A stretch of DNA of 64,000 nucleotides from Candidatus Multivoradales bacterium (GCA_965223325.1 CBDCWI010000002.1:2624001-2688000); one strand, 5' to 3'; shown: positions 24,211 through 34,198, numbered from the stretch's first letter. Numbers and translations: made by a program. The notes: generated by a model from the sequence alone, not told the origin.

Positions 24211-25032
24211 GTGTGCCGTGCCTGCGCCGAAAGCCCCCTTGCCGCGATCCTCTGTCGAGGATCGATCGCTCAGTACCTGGGCCAGCTGGCACTTTTCGAG
24301 AGCCTGCAGGCCGAGCAGCTCGCCGAGGTGGCAAAGCGCTCGCGCCAGCTCGAGCTCGACGCCGGATCGTGGCTCTTCCGGCAAGGTGAAGAGGCACAGC
24401 GGGTCTTCGTTGTCGTCGAGGGGCAGGTCGCCCTCGAACGTCTGGCGACCAACGGCCGCGAGGCGATCGTCGCGATCGTTGGCCCCGGCGAAACCCTCGG
24501 CGAAGAAATGCTCTTCGAGGTGGCCAGCCTGCGCGATGTGGGAGCACGCGCGACCGTCGACTGCCTCCTCGTTGGCATCGAGCGCGCGGCGTTCCGTCGC
24601 CTGGTCGAGGAGTCGGGAGATCTCGCTCGTTGGCTGCTGCAAACCGTGCACGGGCGGCAACGGCTGCTGATCGATCACATCGAACGCCTCTCCATGCACG
24701 ATGCGAGCGGTCGACTGGTCGACTTTCTGCTCTCGCGAACGACGTCGGAAGGTGGCGTGCAGTGCATTGAGCTGCCGTTCGCCAAGCGCGATCTCGCGGC
24801 TCACCTGGCCATTCAGCCCGAGACGCTCTCGCGTGTGCTGGCGCGGATGAAGCGGCAAGGTGTACTCCGAACCGACGGGCGCACCATGCTGGTCGACACA
24901 AACGGCTTGCGAAGCCATCTGGACTGCCACGACTGTGAGTTCAACTGCTGGGGCTGCCCACGTGCGCAACCGGCACCCGAGGTCGCACAGGAAACACACC
25001 CGGCCGGCACCCGCCTCCCAACGACGCACTAG
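24211..25032 (+). CDS. Crp/Fnr family regulator with Cys-rich termini
   Basis: cNMP-like domain (LFRQGE, GPGETLGE); HTH DLAAHLAIQPETLSRVL; C-terminal CHDCEFNCWGC. Confidence 0.9.
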   Translation: MCRACAESPLAAILCRGSIAQYLGQLALFESLQAEQLAEVAKRSRQLELDAGSWLFRQGEEAQRVFVVVEGQVALERLATNGREAIVAIVGPGETLGEEMLFEVASLRDVGARATVDCLLVGIERAAFRRLVEESGDLARWLLQTVHGRQRLLIDHIERLSMHDASGRLVDFLLSRTTSEGGVQCIELPFAKRDLAAHLAIQPETLSRVLARMKRQGVLRTDGRTMLVDTNGLRSHLDCHDCEFNCWGCPRAQPAPEVAQETHPAGTRLPTTH

Positions 25033-25033
25033 T

Positions 25034-25199
25034 CTAGTACCCCGTACCATTGAAACGGATAGTGGCTGAGCGGATGATCGTGCTCGAGATCAAGGCGTCA
25101 CGACAGAGGCATATTGGTGATCTGTCGAGGAGTGACAACACAGAGATCGAGCGCGAGGACCGCGCTGACGCTGTGCGTTTCAATGGTACGGGGTACTAG
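25034..25199. mobile_element. 166-bp MITE-like hairpin element, copy 1
   Basis: Perfect 24-bp terminal inverted repeat ctagtaccccgtaccattgaaacg including terminal CTAG; differs from 43547-43712 at 3 positions. Confidence 0.85.
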
Positions 25200-25226
25200 C
25201 CTGGCCGCCGTCTCCCTCGCATCGAG

Positions 25227-26321
25227 TCAGCCGCCAGCGGCCCTCGTCGCCGGCTCCGCGGCCGCGAACGGATCCTCCATCTCGGCAATCCACTGCCGAA
25301 TGAGCGCAATACTCTCAGGGTGCACCATCGACCGACCGAGCTCCGGCATCATCACCCCGGGATCGATCGACTCGAGGCGATAGACCAGGATCGAACCGTC
25401 GGGGTTGCCAGGGTCGATATCGACCAGCCGGTTGCCCGAACCACGACCGGCGGCCACTGGTGACTTGTGAACTCCCCAGCGGGTGGGTTCGATTTGTTCG
25501 AACCGCAGATCGAGGCCAGAGGTGCGTGCCGGACCGCTGGGGTTGTGGCAGTGGGCGCAGTTGATATCGAGCCAGGCGCGCGCGCGCTCATCGAGCGAGC
25601 CGCTTTCGGGATCGCGCCAGTCCGGCCAGCGAGGTGCGTCGTGTGGAGCCGGTGCGCCCTCGAGAACACCGAGGCGTGTCCAACGGGCGAGCTGGTTTTC
25701 CTCACCATCGTGATAGAGAAAGGTGCGGTTGAGAAGACCCGCCCGCGGACCGACGGGCAACATCTCGCGGTCGGTGGTTCGGTGGCAACCCTTGCACTGA
25801 TTGGAGTTCGGTACGCGGTAGTCGGCAGTGCGCTCCGTGCCGTCGAAGTGGATCCAACGGACTTCCTCTGCTCCACCGATCACCCGCAACGTGGCCTCTG
25901 TTTGTTCTGCGTTCCAGATATAGGGGAGCCCCACCCAACCCATCTCGCCCCGCAGGAGGACGCGGGTCTCGATGAGGCGTTGCTCGCTCTCTGGGTCGCG
26001 CATGTCTGCCGGATAGGCGAAGGTCTTGGCGATCACGGTTCCCACCGGAAAGTCGAACGCCAGAGCCTCGGAGTAGGTGGCAGCCGCGCCCGCCGGAAGC
26101 TTGATGAAACGGTGTTTGAGCGCGTAGTCCGAGAACAGCGGCGTCGAGAGGTCGTAGGGCACAACACCTTCGGCCGGTTGCTGCTGGCGGGGATCGCCGG
26201 CGAAGAGGCCGAAGGCAGACAGCTCAGCGGGCGGATCTTCGGCGGTGTAGGAACGGCTGCCACAACCAGACGTTGCAACGCCCAGCATCACAACAACCAG
26301 AATCCACAGCGCCCGGATCAC
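25227..26321 (-). CDS. SO2930-like di-heme c-type cytochrome lipoprotein
   Basis: PYDLSTPLFSDYALKHRF, FPVGTVIAKTF, IETR, CKGCH, CAHCH, MMPELGR. Confidence 0.88.
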   Translation of the reverse strand: MIRALWILVVVMLGVATSGCGSRSYTAEDPPAELSAFGLFAGDPRQQQPAEGVVPYDLSTPLFSDYALKHRFIKLPAGAAATYSEALAFDFPVGTVIAKTFAYPADMRDPESEQRLIETRVLLRGEMGWVGLPYIWNAEQTEATLRVIGGAEEVRWIHFDGTERTADYRVPNSNQCKGCHRTTDREMLPVGPRAGLLNRTFLYHDGEENQLARWTRLGVLEGAPAPHDAPRWPDWRDPESGSLDERARAWLDINCAHCHNPSGPARTSGLDLRFEQIEPTRWGVHKSPVAAGRGSGNRLVDIDPGNPDGSILVYRLESIDPGVMMPELGRSMVHPESIALIRQWIAEMEDPFAAAEPATRAAGG

Positions 26322-26359
26322 GACTCGCGCCTCAGTGAAAGATCACATCTCTGGCAGCA

Positions 26360-27634
26360 CTATGCACCACCGGCGACGGCGGTGGCCTCGAGCTCGATCG
26401 GCTGCGGCGGATCGGGAAGCGCACCGCTGTACTGCGAGGCGTCGGTCACCTGATTGGGGGTCTCGCCGCGAAAGAGCGCCGGCATGTCGAGATCGACGAA
26501 GGTGCCGCTGTCGTCGAAGTAGACCCGGTACTCGGCCGGCAGTTCCCCGTCGACCAACTTGCTCTCGTCGATCACACCGTCATAGATGATGTCCGGGAAC
26601 GGCAACCCGATCATCGGCTCAATGGTCTCGGCAAGCTGACCCTCGGGCGCAGTACCGCCACCCTCAAAGGTGTTGTCGTGGAGAGCAATGCCTTCGGCGA
26701 TCGGGTCGTACTGCGGGTCGTCGTACTCGTTACCAGTGGTCGTAAAGCTGATGATGGCGACGTGTGACGTGTTGTTGTCGCGAAAGGTGTTGCCGAAGAC
26801 CTCGACATTGTCCGTCGCCATGACGATGAGTCCCGAGCCCGCCGGAATCGTCGACACGATCGCACCCGGCAGGCCGAAGTTCGCACGGTTGTTCTCGAGC
26901 ATTTCGTTGTTGAACACCCGCGTGTCACGCCCCGCCTTGACCGGCAGTTCAGGAAGCGAAAACACGAGGATTCCGCCGGTGTTGTCCCAGGTCTTGTTGT
27001 CGTAGACGTCGGCCCCGGTCGAGTTTTCGATCTCGATCCCGGCGACGTTCTCCCAGGCCTCGTTGCGGCGCACGATGATGTTCGACGACTGGCCAACGTA
27101 GATGCCGGCGTCCGAGCAGCCGCGGACCTTGCTGTCTTCGATGAGCACGTTCTCGACCTGGACCGGGTATAGACCGTAGGCACCGTTCTCGGTTCTCGGC
27201 TCCCCTTCCCAGTTGACGAACACGCGGCGGAAGGTGGCATTCTTCGTGCCTTCGACCTTGATCGCGTCGGCACGGGTGTTGTAGACCGCGAGGTCTTCGA
27301 TGAGGAAGTCGTCGGCGGTGACCATCAGGCCTTCGCCGCCGGTGCCCGGCGCCTGCGCCTTGAAGTCGAGGATCGTCTCGTCGAGGCCGGCTCCGCGAAC
27401 GGTCACGCCTTCCACATCGAGCGACAGGGTGGTGTCGAACTCGAAGTGGCCCGGCCCGAACTCGATCACGTCGCCAGGCTGGGCCTCGATGAAGGCCAAG
27501 AGGGCCTGGTCTTGAGCGTCGGGACCCAACTCGACGATATGCACGGGGTCTCTTCCTTCGCTCGCACAGCCGAGAGTGAGTACGAGAGCGGAAAGTCCAG
27601 CGGCGGCGATGAAGGCCCGAGTCGTTCGTTTCAT
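26360..27634 (-). CDS. Parallel beta-helix repeat lipoprotein (usual partner of SO2930-like cytochromes)
   Basis: NGAYGLYPVQ, SDAGIYVGQS, NVAGIEIENS, NTGGILVF.LP; lipobox TLGC. Confidence 0.88.
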   Translation of the reverse strand: MKRTTRAFIAAAGLSALVLTLGCASEGRDPVHIVELGPDAQDQALLAFIEAQPGDVIEFGPGHFEFDTTLSLDVEGVTVRGAGLDETILDFKAQAPGTGGEGLMVTADDFLIEDLAVYNTRADAIKVEGTKNATFRRVFVNWEGEPRTENGAYGLYPVQVENVLIEDSKVRGCSDAGIYVGQSSNIIVRRNEAWENVAGIEIENSTGADVYDNKTWDNTGGILVFSLPELPVKAGRDTRVFNNEMLENNRANFGLPGAIVSTIPAGSGLIVMATDNVEVFGNTFRDNNTSHVAIISFTTTGNEYDDPQYDPIAEGIALHDNTFEGGGTAPEGQLAETIEPMIGLPFPDIIYDGVIDESKLVDGELPAEYRVYFDDSGTFVDLDMPALFRGETPNQVTDASQYSGALPDPPQPIELEATAVAGGA

Positions 27635-27752
27635 TGGGAGGCTCCAAGAGTGCGGTTGGAGAAGCCGAACCGAGGGTTCCAACAACGGTTCAGCTCTGTT
27701 CTTGTAGAGAGACCGTCAGTCTAGCAAGCAACCTGCCGGGCCCTCGGGATGA

Positions 27753-28190
27753 CTAGGAATCAGGCGCAGCCACGATTCCGGTGGCTCCAACGAGCGACCA
27801 GACCACGCTCTGGGGGTCTATCGAGCCGAAATCAGGGTCCTCTGGGAAGAGGTACTGCACGCTCACTCGTTCACTCTCGCCCGGAGCAATACTGGCGATC
27901 CGTTCGATCTCATGGCCGTGAATGAGAAAGCGCACCCCGGTGATCTCCAGATCGTCGTTCCCGTTGGTGATCGTCGCCGAGAAACGAGAAGGGAGCCACT
28001 TACTCACCCGGCCATCGACCGAGAGCAGTTCGAGCTCGCTGGCCGAGAGGGCTCTTGGCCCTGGCGGCTCGGGCGGGGCGCAACCCACCAGGAACAGAAG
28101 GACCAACGAAAAAGAGGCGATGCCCCACGACCGCCGTCGCTCCACACGAGTTGCCCGTACCATCCGGTTTCCCTGCTGGGCGACTAACAA
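27753..28190 (-). CDS. Hypothetical lipoprotein
   Basis: Lipobox FLVGC; co-oriented with and overlapping the end of the ankyrin gene. Confidence 0.55.
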   Translation of the reverse strand: MLVAQQGNRMVRATRVERRRSWGIASFSLVLLFLVGCAPPEPPGPRALSASELELLSVDGRVSKWLPSRFSATITNGNDDLEITGVRFLIHGHEIERIASIAPGESERVSVQYLFPEDPDFGSIDPQSVVWSLVGATGIVAAPDS

Positions 28191-30049
28191 CTGACGCAGT
28201 TGTCGTTGTTCTTCGAACCCAGTGCCTCGAGCAGAGCCAGAGTCTCGGGGAAGGGTTGGATGCGTTGTACGGGTCCGTTCGCCATGTCTGCCACGGTTTC
28301 GCCGGAGTACGCCACAGCGCGCGGATCGGCCCCGTGTAACACCAGGTAGGCAATCAGCTTGTTGTCACCACGCATTGCCGCACTATGGAGAGCCGTGTAC
28401 CCCTTCGAGTCGGGAGCGTTGACGTCGACGCCCAGTTCCTCGACGAAGTAGCGCACGGCAGGCAGGAAACCACCTGGGGCGTTGCGATGGAAGTTGCCCA
28501 CGTAGCCAGCGCCCGCAGCGACCTGAAACGAGGTCACGGCGTCGTCACCGATCTTCGGTCGCTCGGCCTCGAGATCCTTGCCAGCGTTGCGACCGTTGGG
28601 AGCCCGTCGCTCCGGGACCACCTTGGTCGCAATCTTCCAGTCGGCACCGTGTGACACCAGGAGCTTCATCGCTTCGACGTCGTTGGCCTGAGCAGCACGC
28701 CAGAACGCCGTCGCCCCGGTCTCGTCAACGCCAGACTGGTCGAAGTTGTAGCCGGTGTACCAGACCTTCTTGGTGAGCCGTCGATCGAGTTCGGCGCCTT
28801 TCTCGATCAAGAGCTGCAACAGCTCGAGGTGGGTGGTCTCCTGCTGCTTCTGGCTGGTGGGCTGAGGATAGAAGGAATGCGGTGCCCACTCGACGTTGAT
28901 CGTCGCGTAGAGCGGCGCCGCGTTGGCCTGGCTGGCTAGGTTGGGATCGGCCCCGCGTGCGAGAAGCTCCCTGGCGAGGTCGAAGTGCCCGTTGATGATC
29001 GCAATCAGAAGCGGTGTCGTTTGATCTCCGTCGCTCGGGTGATCGATGTCTGCGCCGCCGTCGAGCAATGCGGCGACCGCTTTTCCGTGCCCTTGACGGG
29101 CCGCGAAGTGAAGCGCCGTCAAGCCGCCGACCCGACCGACCAGCTGGCCGTAGGAAAGCGGACGCGGCGGTTTCTCGGCCTGTTCTTCGCCGCCTTTCGC
29201 CTTCGCTCGAGCAGCCCGCCGCGCGGCACGCCTTTCCGCCCGTGTCATCCCAGGCATCTTCTCCGGATCGTCGGCGCGCAGACCGTCGTTGGGATCTTCG
29301 ACGGTGACCGCTTCGGTGGTGTCATCTTCCTGCGCTTCCACCTCTTCGCCGCGTGCCTTCGCGCGCTCGCGCTCGAGTTTGGCCAACGCCTCGCTGGTGG
29401 CCTCGGCGAGGGCGTACTTTCTCGCCCGCGCCGCACGGTCCTCACTTTCGAGGCTGGCAGCGTCGACGATGTGGGACGTCGCGCAGTGCTCGGCACCAGA
29501 TGCCAGCAGGCGCTCAATGCTGCCCACCCGGTTGTTGGCAGCGGCAAACATGAGAGCTGTCTGGCCGTAAGAGCGCTCGCGCGAATGCGCGCTGGCACCT
29601 CCCGCCAACAACGCATCGACGGCCGCCACCACGCCTGACGCGGCGGCGAACATGAGCGGCGTGGTGCCGTTGTGGGTCGCGCCGTCGACCTCGGCTCCGG
29701 CCTCGAGCAGCACTTCGATCATCCGAGCGTCACCGGCGCGGGCAGCGACGAGGAGCGGTGTGTGGCCGCCGATCCGCGTCCGCGCCTCGACATTGGCCCC
29801 GGCGTAGAGCAACATGCGAGCGAGTTCAGCATCGCTGTTGCGCACCGCCCAGTGCAAAGCACTCATGCCGTCGCCGTGGGCCGAGTTCGCATCGGACCCG
29901 CGACGAAGAAGCTCTCGCACGCCCTCGAGGTCACCTGCCTGGGCACGATCGACCACCACATCGGCATTGCCCGCGGACAGACCTGGGGCAGCGACACAAA
30001 GGCCAGAAAGCATAAAGACAGCCAGGGTACGTCGCATTGTCCTATCCAC
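28184..30049 (-). CDS. Secreted ankyrin-repeat protein
   Basis: GMSALHWA, GHTPLLVAA, GTTPLMFAA, GQTALMFAA, GLTALHFAA, GYTALHSAA; signal peptide; ends CVSC. Confidence 0.92.
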   Translation of the reverse strand: MDRTMRRTLAVFMLSGLCVAAPGLSAGNADVVVDRAQAGDLEGVRELLRRGSDANSAHGDGMSALHWAVRNSDAELARMLLYAGANVEARTRIGGHTPLLVAARAGDARMIEVLLEAGAEVDGATHNGTTPLMFAAASGVVAAVDALLAGGASAHSRERSYGQTALMFAAANNRVGSIERLLASGAEHCATSHIVDAASLESEDRAARARKYALAEATSEALAKLERERAKARGEEVEAQEDDTTEAVTVEDPNDGLRADDPEKMPGMTRAERRAARRAARAKAKGGEEQAEKPPRPLSYGQLVGRVGGLTALHFAARQGHGKAVAALLDGGADIDHPSDGDQTTPLLIAIINGHFDLARELLARGADPNLASQANAAPLYATINVEWAPHSFYPQPTSQKQQETTHLELLQLLIEKGAELDRRLTKKVWYTGYNFDQSGVDETGATAFWRAAQANDVEAMKLLVSHGADWKIATKVVPERRAPNGRNAGKDLEAERPKIGDDAVTSFQVAAGAGYVGNFHRNAPGGFLPAVRYFVEELGVDVNAPDSKGYTALHSAAMRGDNKLIAYLVLHGADPRAVAYSGETVADMANGPVQRIQPFPETLALLEALGSKNNDNCVSC

Positions 30050-31432
30050 CTAGAAGTGCAAACGGCCGTTGCTGTCGCCGAAGTCCTCGAGATCGTCGAG
30101 GCCTAGCTTGTGCGCCATAGCAAGCATGGCGTTGGCCATCGGCGTTCCGTCTTCTGCTTTGACGTGCAGGTTGCCGGCATGCTGGCCATTCGCGCCGCCG
30201 AGCACGATCAGCGGGCAGCGCTTGTGATTGTGCAGGTTCGAATCGCCCATCGGCGACCCGTAGACGATCATCGTCTTATCAAGCAGGCTCTCTTCACCGT
30301 CGCTTAGACTGTCGAGCTTCTCGAGAAAGTACGGCAGCATGCCTACGTGATACTCGTTGATCTTGGCGAACTCGGTGACCCGATCTTCCTTGCCGCCGTG
30401 ATGTGAGGCTGGGTGGAACGGCGCGTTGACGCCACTTTCGGGGTAGATACGCGCGGATCCATCGCGCCCCATCTTGAAAGAGAACACCCGCGTGGTGTCT
30501 GAGAGGAAGGCCAGGGCCTGCAGGTCGAACATCAGCTCGACGTGCTCGCGGAAGGAGTCTGGAATGCCTACGGGCGCTTCCGGCAGGTCGCGCTCCTCGC
30601 CGCTCGTGTTGTGTGACTCGATGCGCTGGATGCGGCGTTCGACTTCGCGTACGTGCTCGAGGTAGCTGTCGAGCCGGCGGCGGTCGGTCCCTCCGAGATC
30701 CTTCCGCAACTGCGAAACTTCACCCGTGATCCAGTCGAGGATGCTGCGCTGTTTGCCGAGTCGCGCGGCGCGTTCGGCGGCCGAGCCGCCAGTTCCAAAG
30801 AGCTGTTCGAAGACCGCCCGCGGGTCGCGAACCATGGGCAGGGGCTGGTTCGGCGCCGCCCAGCTGATCGTGTCGGTATAGACGCAGGCGTAGCCGTAAG
30901 CACAGCCACCTGCCTGGTCGACGTTCTCGATGCACAGCTGCATCGAAGGGATCGGGGTGTCCTGGCCGAAGCGCTGGGCGTACAACTGATCGAGTGAGAT
31001 CCCGACCTCGACGTCCGACCCCTCCGTCTGCTTTGGGTGGGCCTGGGTGAGAAACGTCGCACTCGACCGAAAGTGGTCGCCGCCGACTTCGCGCGCAGTG
31101 CGCGCTTCGGCCGGAGCGACGTCGGTGTTCGAGATGATCGTCATGCGCTGGCGCCAGTCTTCCAGGGGCCTGAGGCTGCTGGTCGAAAGATCGAAGTCGC
31201 AGCCGATCCTCTCCGGCGCCCAGAGATGCCGGCTCGCGCCCCACTCGTTGCTGCCGGCCGCACCGTGCACCATCTCGATCGCCACCAGACGCGTTGGATC
31301 GCTGCTGGCGGTTCCTAAGACCGAGGCTCCCGCCCGCGAAGGCCGCATGACCTCGAGGAACGGAAGGGTCATGCTCACACCGAGACCGCGCAGGACGGCA
31401 CGTCTCGAGAGCTGTTTGCGGTGAAGGATCAT
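30050..31432 (-). CDS. DUF1552 domain protein (Tat-like N-terminus)
   Basis: LSRRAVLRGLG..LPFLE.M, C..GYACVY..TISW, HPASHH, GDSNLH.H. Confidence 0.88.
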   Translation of the reverse strand: MILHRKQLSRRAVLRGLGVSMTLPFLEVMRPSRAGASVLGTASSDPTRLVAIEMVHGAAGSNEWGASRHLWAPERIGCDFDLSTSSLRPLEDWRQRMTIISNTDVAPAEARTAREVGGDHFRSSATFLTQAHPKQTEGSDVEVGISLDQLYAQRFGQDTPIPSMQLCIENVDQAGGCAYGYACVYTDTISWAAPNQPLPMVRDPRAVFEQLFGTGGSAAERAARLGKQRSILDWITGEVSQLRKDLGGTDRRRLDSYLEHVREVERRIQRIESHNTSGEERDLPEAPVGIPDSFREHVELMFDLQALAFLSDTTRVFSFKMGRDGSARIYPESGVNAPFHPASHHGGKEDRVTEFAKINEYHVGMLPYFLEKLDSLSDGEESLLDKTMIVYGSPMGDSNLHNHKRCPLIVLGGANGQHAGNLHVKAEDGTPMANAMLAMAHKLGLDDLEDFGDSNGRLHF

Positions 31433-31495
31433 GGCGTTTCTCCGGGTGTTCTTGGAGCTAGGAGGTCGTTCTCGGTTCGGACCAGAGGAGTTGGA

Positions 31496-33994
31496 TCAGT
31501 CGTCGCCAGCGCTGGTGCTGGTTCTGGTTGTCGGGTGGTTCTCGGAGGTGCCGGGTAGCGGCTCACCCTCGGCACGGGCGCTGTGGAAGGCCGGCGATTG
31601 AACCACCGCCAGGATGAAGGAGTGCAGACGATAGTCGTGCGCCTCAGCCGCCTTCGCGATACGACGAACGGTGGGCATGTCTGAGATGTCGATGCGACGA
31701 CCCATGGCGTACGAGAGCAGGAACTCCGTAAACGTCGTCGCGATGACATCGGAGCGCCGGAGCAATGCGGCACGAAGATCTGCCGGTCCTTCGAGCGGCG
31801 TGCCGTCGTAGAGGGTGCCGAGCGCATCGACCGGCTGCCCTTGATCGCGGAGGCGCCAGGCACCCGTGACATCGAAGTTCTCGAGAGACAGCCCGATCGG
31901 GTCGATGATGCGATGACACGAGCGACACGCAGGGTTGGAGCGATGCTCTTCGAGGCGCTCGCGCACCGTCAACAGCCGACCGTCTTTCGAGGCATCAGAG
32001 TTGGCTTCGAGTTCGGGAACGTTCGGCGGCGGCGGCGGCGGCGGGCTGCCGAGCAGCACCTCCATGACCCATTTGCCGCGCAGAACCGGCGACGTGCGGT
32101 TGGCGTGCGAAGTCAAAGCCAGGATGCCCGCATGACCGAGCAGACCACGGCGGTTGGCGTCGGTCTGGGCAACGCGCCGGAACTGCGGCCCGGTGACGCC
32201 GGAGAGACCGTAGTGGCGAGCAAGGCGCTCGTCGACGAAGGTGTAGTCGGCGTCGAGCAGATCGAGCAGGCTGCCGTTCTCGCGCACCAGATGGTCGAAC
32301 AGCAACTCGCTTTCGCGCCGCATCGACTCGGCCAGCCGCTGGTCGAACTGCGGATAGGCGAGTGCGTCCGGGTGGAGACGGGAAAGGTCCTGGAGGCGCA
32401 GCCATTGGGCAGCAAACCGGGTCGACAAGGCCTCGGCCCGCGGGTCCCCGAGCATACGCCGAGTTTGTTCAACAACGCCGGCGTCAGACGCCAGAACCCC
32501 ATTGGCCGCCGCATCGAGCAGCTCCTGATCGGGCCCGGTGCCCCACAAGAAGAAACTCAATCGCGACGCCAACTCGAGGCCGCCGAGACGATAGTTCTGT
32601 GCCGGTAGGGCATCCGGCGGCACGCGCTCGAAGCGGAACACGAAATGCGGGCTGGCAAGCATCGCCTGTAAGGCCATCGCCACGCCAGACTCAAAGCCTC
32701 CGAGGCCGCGACCGCCGCGACTCGCGCCCTCCTCGTAGAACGACATCAAGCTCCCGAGATCACTCTCATTGAGCGGTCGGCGGTAGGCGCGGGTGGCCAG
32801 ACGCTCGAGGATCGATTCGGCGCAGGCGATCTCTTCGGCCGCCGAGGTAGGCCGGCAGGTGAAGACGCGTTGACGGCTCGGGGTCTCGGAAATGCCCTGG
32901 GCATTGAAAGGCCCGGTGACCGCCAGGGCGCGCAGGTGCGGCACCGTCGTGATGCCTTCGCCGATACCGATCTGGGTATCCGCCAGAGTGTGTTCAATCG
33001 GTGCCAGAAGATCGACCACCGGCCCGTCGAAGCGCGGAATGAAGGCCGCCGCGAGAAGCCGCTGCCCCGCTTTCACTGTCACCGACCCGGTCTTGATGTC
33101 CATACCGGCCGGATCCGCCTCGTCCATCAGCGGGTCGATATCGAGCAGCGCCACGCGATGACCGTCGACCGAAATTTCGATCTGTTCGTTGCGCGCCGTC
33201 GCCCCGAAGAGCTGCCCGGTGGGCGTGCTGTGCAAGGTGATGCGGAAAACGTACTGGCCGTCAGCTGGAAAGGTATGGCGGGTCGCAAGGCCACCGCGCG
33301 AACCGTAGGGAGTCCCCGGTACGTGCTGGGCCTGCGACGCGGTCCGCGGCACTTTGTAGGTCGCCTCGCCGGGGCTGCTCTGGGCCTCGCCGATCGACGC
33401 CAGGCTGACGCGTTCGGCGGCCCGCAGGTAACTCTCCATCAGGGTCGGCGACAAGGTCTGCACATCGGCAATGTTGTCGAAACCATGACTCATCGTGTCG
33501 GGCGGCAGGAGCGACTCGACGTCGATCTCGAGATCGAGCAGATCACGAACAGCACGCGCATACTCGGCCCGATTGAGGCGCTGGAATGTGCGACGCCCCG
33601 GATCGGGGCGAGCGTCGGCAGCGCGATCGACGCTGGTTTCGAGGAAACGTGCAAGGCCAGCGACCACCTCGGGATCGGGACGACGCATCGGGGGCGGCGG
33701 CATCATGCCGGTGCGCAGCTTGCGAATCACGCGCTCGGCCGTCGCCGGGTCGACCTCTGGATGCTCGAGGTCGAAGCCGGCGAGGTTGAGCTCGCCCTCC
33801 TGCTTCTTGTCGTTGTGGCAGCGCAGGCAGGTGCGGTTGACCAGCTCCGCTTCGGGTGCGTCGAGAATGTCGGTCTCGGAGGCGAGACCCGGACCCGGTG
33901 CGGTACCCAGGAGAAGCGCAACGACCATGAGCGCGCGACTCCACCTGGGGCTTCGAGGCCTTCCAATGGGAACAATCTTCCAGGTGGGTCGCAA
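31496..33994 (-). CDS. DUF1592/DUF1588/DUF1585-type (planctomycete cytochrome-like) protein
   Basis: CLRCH, RLNRAEY...VRDLL, GFDNIAD, ELASRLSFFLW..PD, RTSPVLRGKWV, PPPPPPNVP, CRSCH, DPIG..LENFD..G.WR. Confidence 0.9.
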   Translation of the reverse strand: MRPTWKIVPIGRPRSPRWSRALMVVALLLGTAPGPGLASETDILDAPEAELVNRTCLRCHNDKKQEGELNLAGFDLEHPEVDPATAERVIRKLRTGMMPPPPMRRPDPEVVAGLARFLETSVDRAADARPDPGRRTFQRLNRAEYARAVRDLLDLEIDVESLLPPDTMSHGFDNIADVQTLSPTLMESYLRAAERVSLASIGEAQSSPGEATYKVPRTASQAQHVPGTPYGSRGGLATRHTFPADGQYVFRITLHSTPTGQLFGATARNEQIEISVDGHRVALLDIDPLMDEADPAGMDIKTGSVTVKAGQRLLAAAFIPRFDGPVVDLLAPIEHTLADTQIGIGEGITTVPHLRALAVTGPFNAQGISETPSRQRVFTCRPTSAAEEIACAESILERLATRAYRRPLNESDLGSLMSFYEEGASRGGRGLGGFESGVAMALQAMLASPHFVFRFERVPPDALPAQNYRLGGLELASRLSFFLWGTGPDQELLDAAANGVLASDAGVVEQTRRMLGDPRAEALSTRFAAQWLRLQDLSRLHPDALAYPQFDQRLAESMRRESELLFDHLVRENGSLLDLLDADYTFVDERLARHYGLSGVTGPQFRRVAQTDANRRGLLGHAGILALTSHANRTSPVLRGKWVMEVLLGSPPPPPPPNVPELEANSDASKDGRLLTVRERLEEHRSNPACRSCHRIIDPIGLSLENFDVTGAWRLRDQGQPVDALGTLYDGTPLEGPADLRAALLRRSDVIATTFTEFLLSYAMGRRIDISDMPTVRRIAKAAEAHDYRLHSFILAVVQSPAFHSARAEGEPLPGTSENHPTTRTSTSAGDD

Positions 33995-34198
33995 GGGTGC
34001 AGGCGCTCCGCAATCCGAACCGCGGCCAGGGATGACCCTGGGACGACTCGCAGATCAGAGAATGGTCACCTAGTGTACCCCCCGCTGGGCAAATTTCGCC
34101 CAGTTGGCCTTAGCGAGCGGGCCGCTGATCCCGCAACCTTCCCCAGCCGCTGACGTACCCTGAGTTTCAACCGCTCAGCCCTTCGCGAGGACCTTCCG

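Noticed and set aside
25114-25383. ORFs beginning MVICRGVTTQR (also at 43627)
   Set aside because: They arise from the repeated 166-bp element and diverge immediately outside it.
32870-34153. 427-aa plus-strand ORF
   Set aside because: Antisense shadow of the DUF1592 gene.
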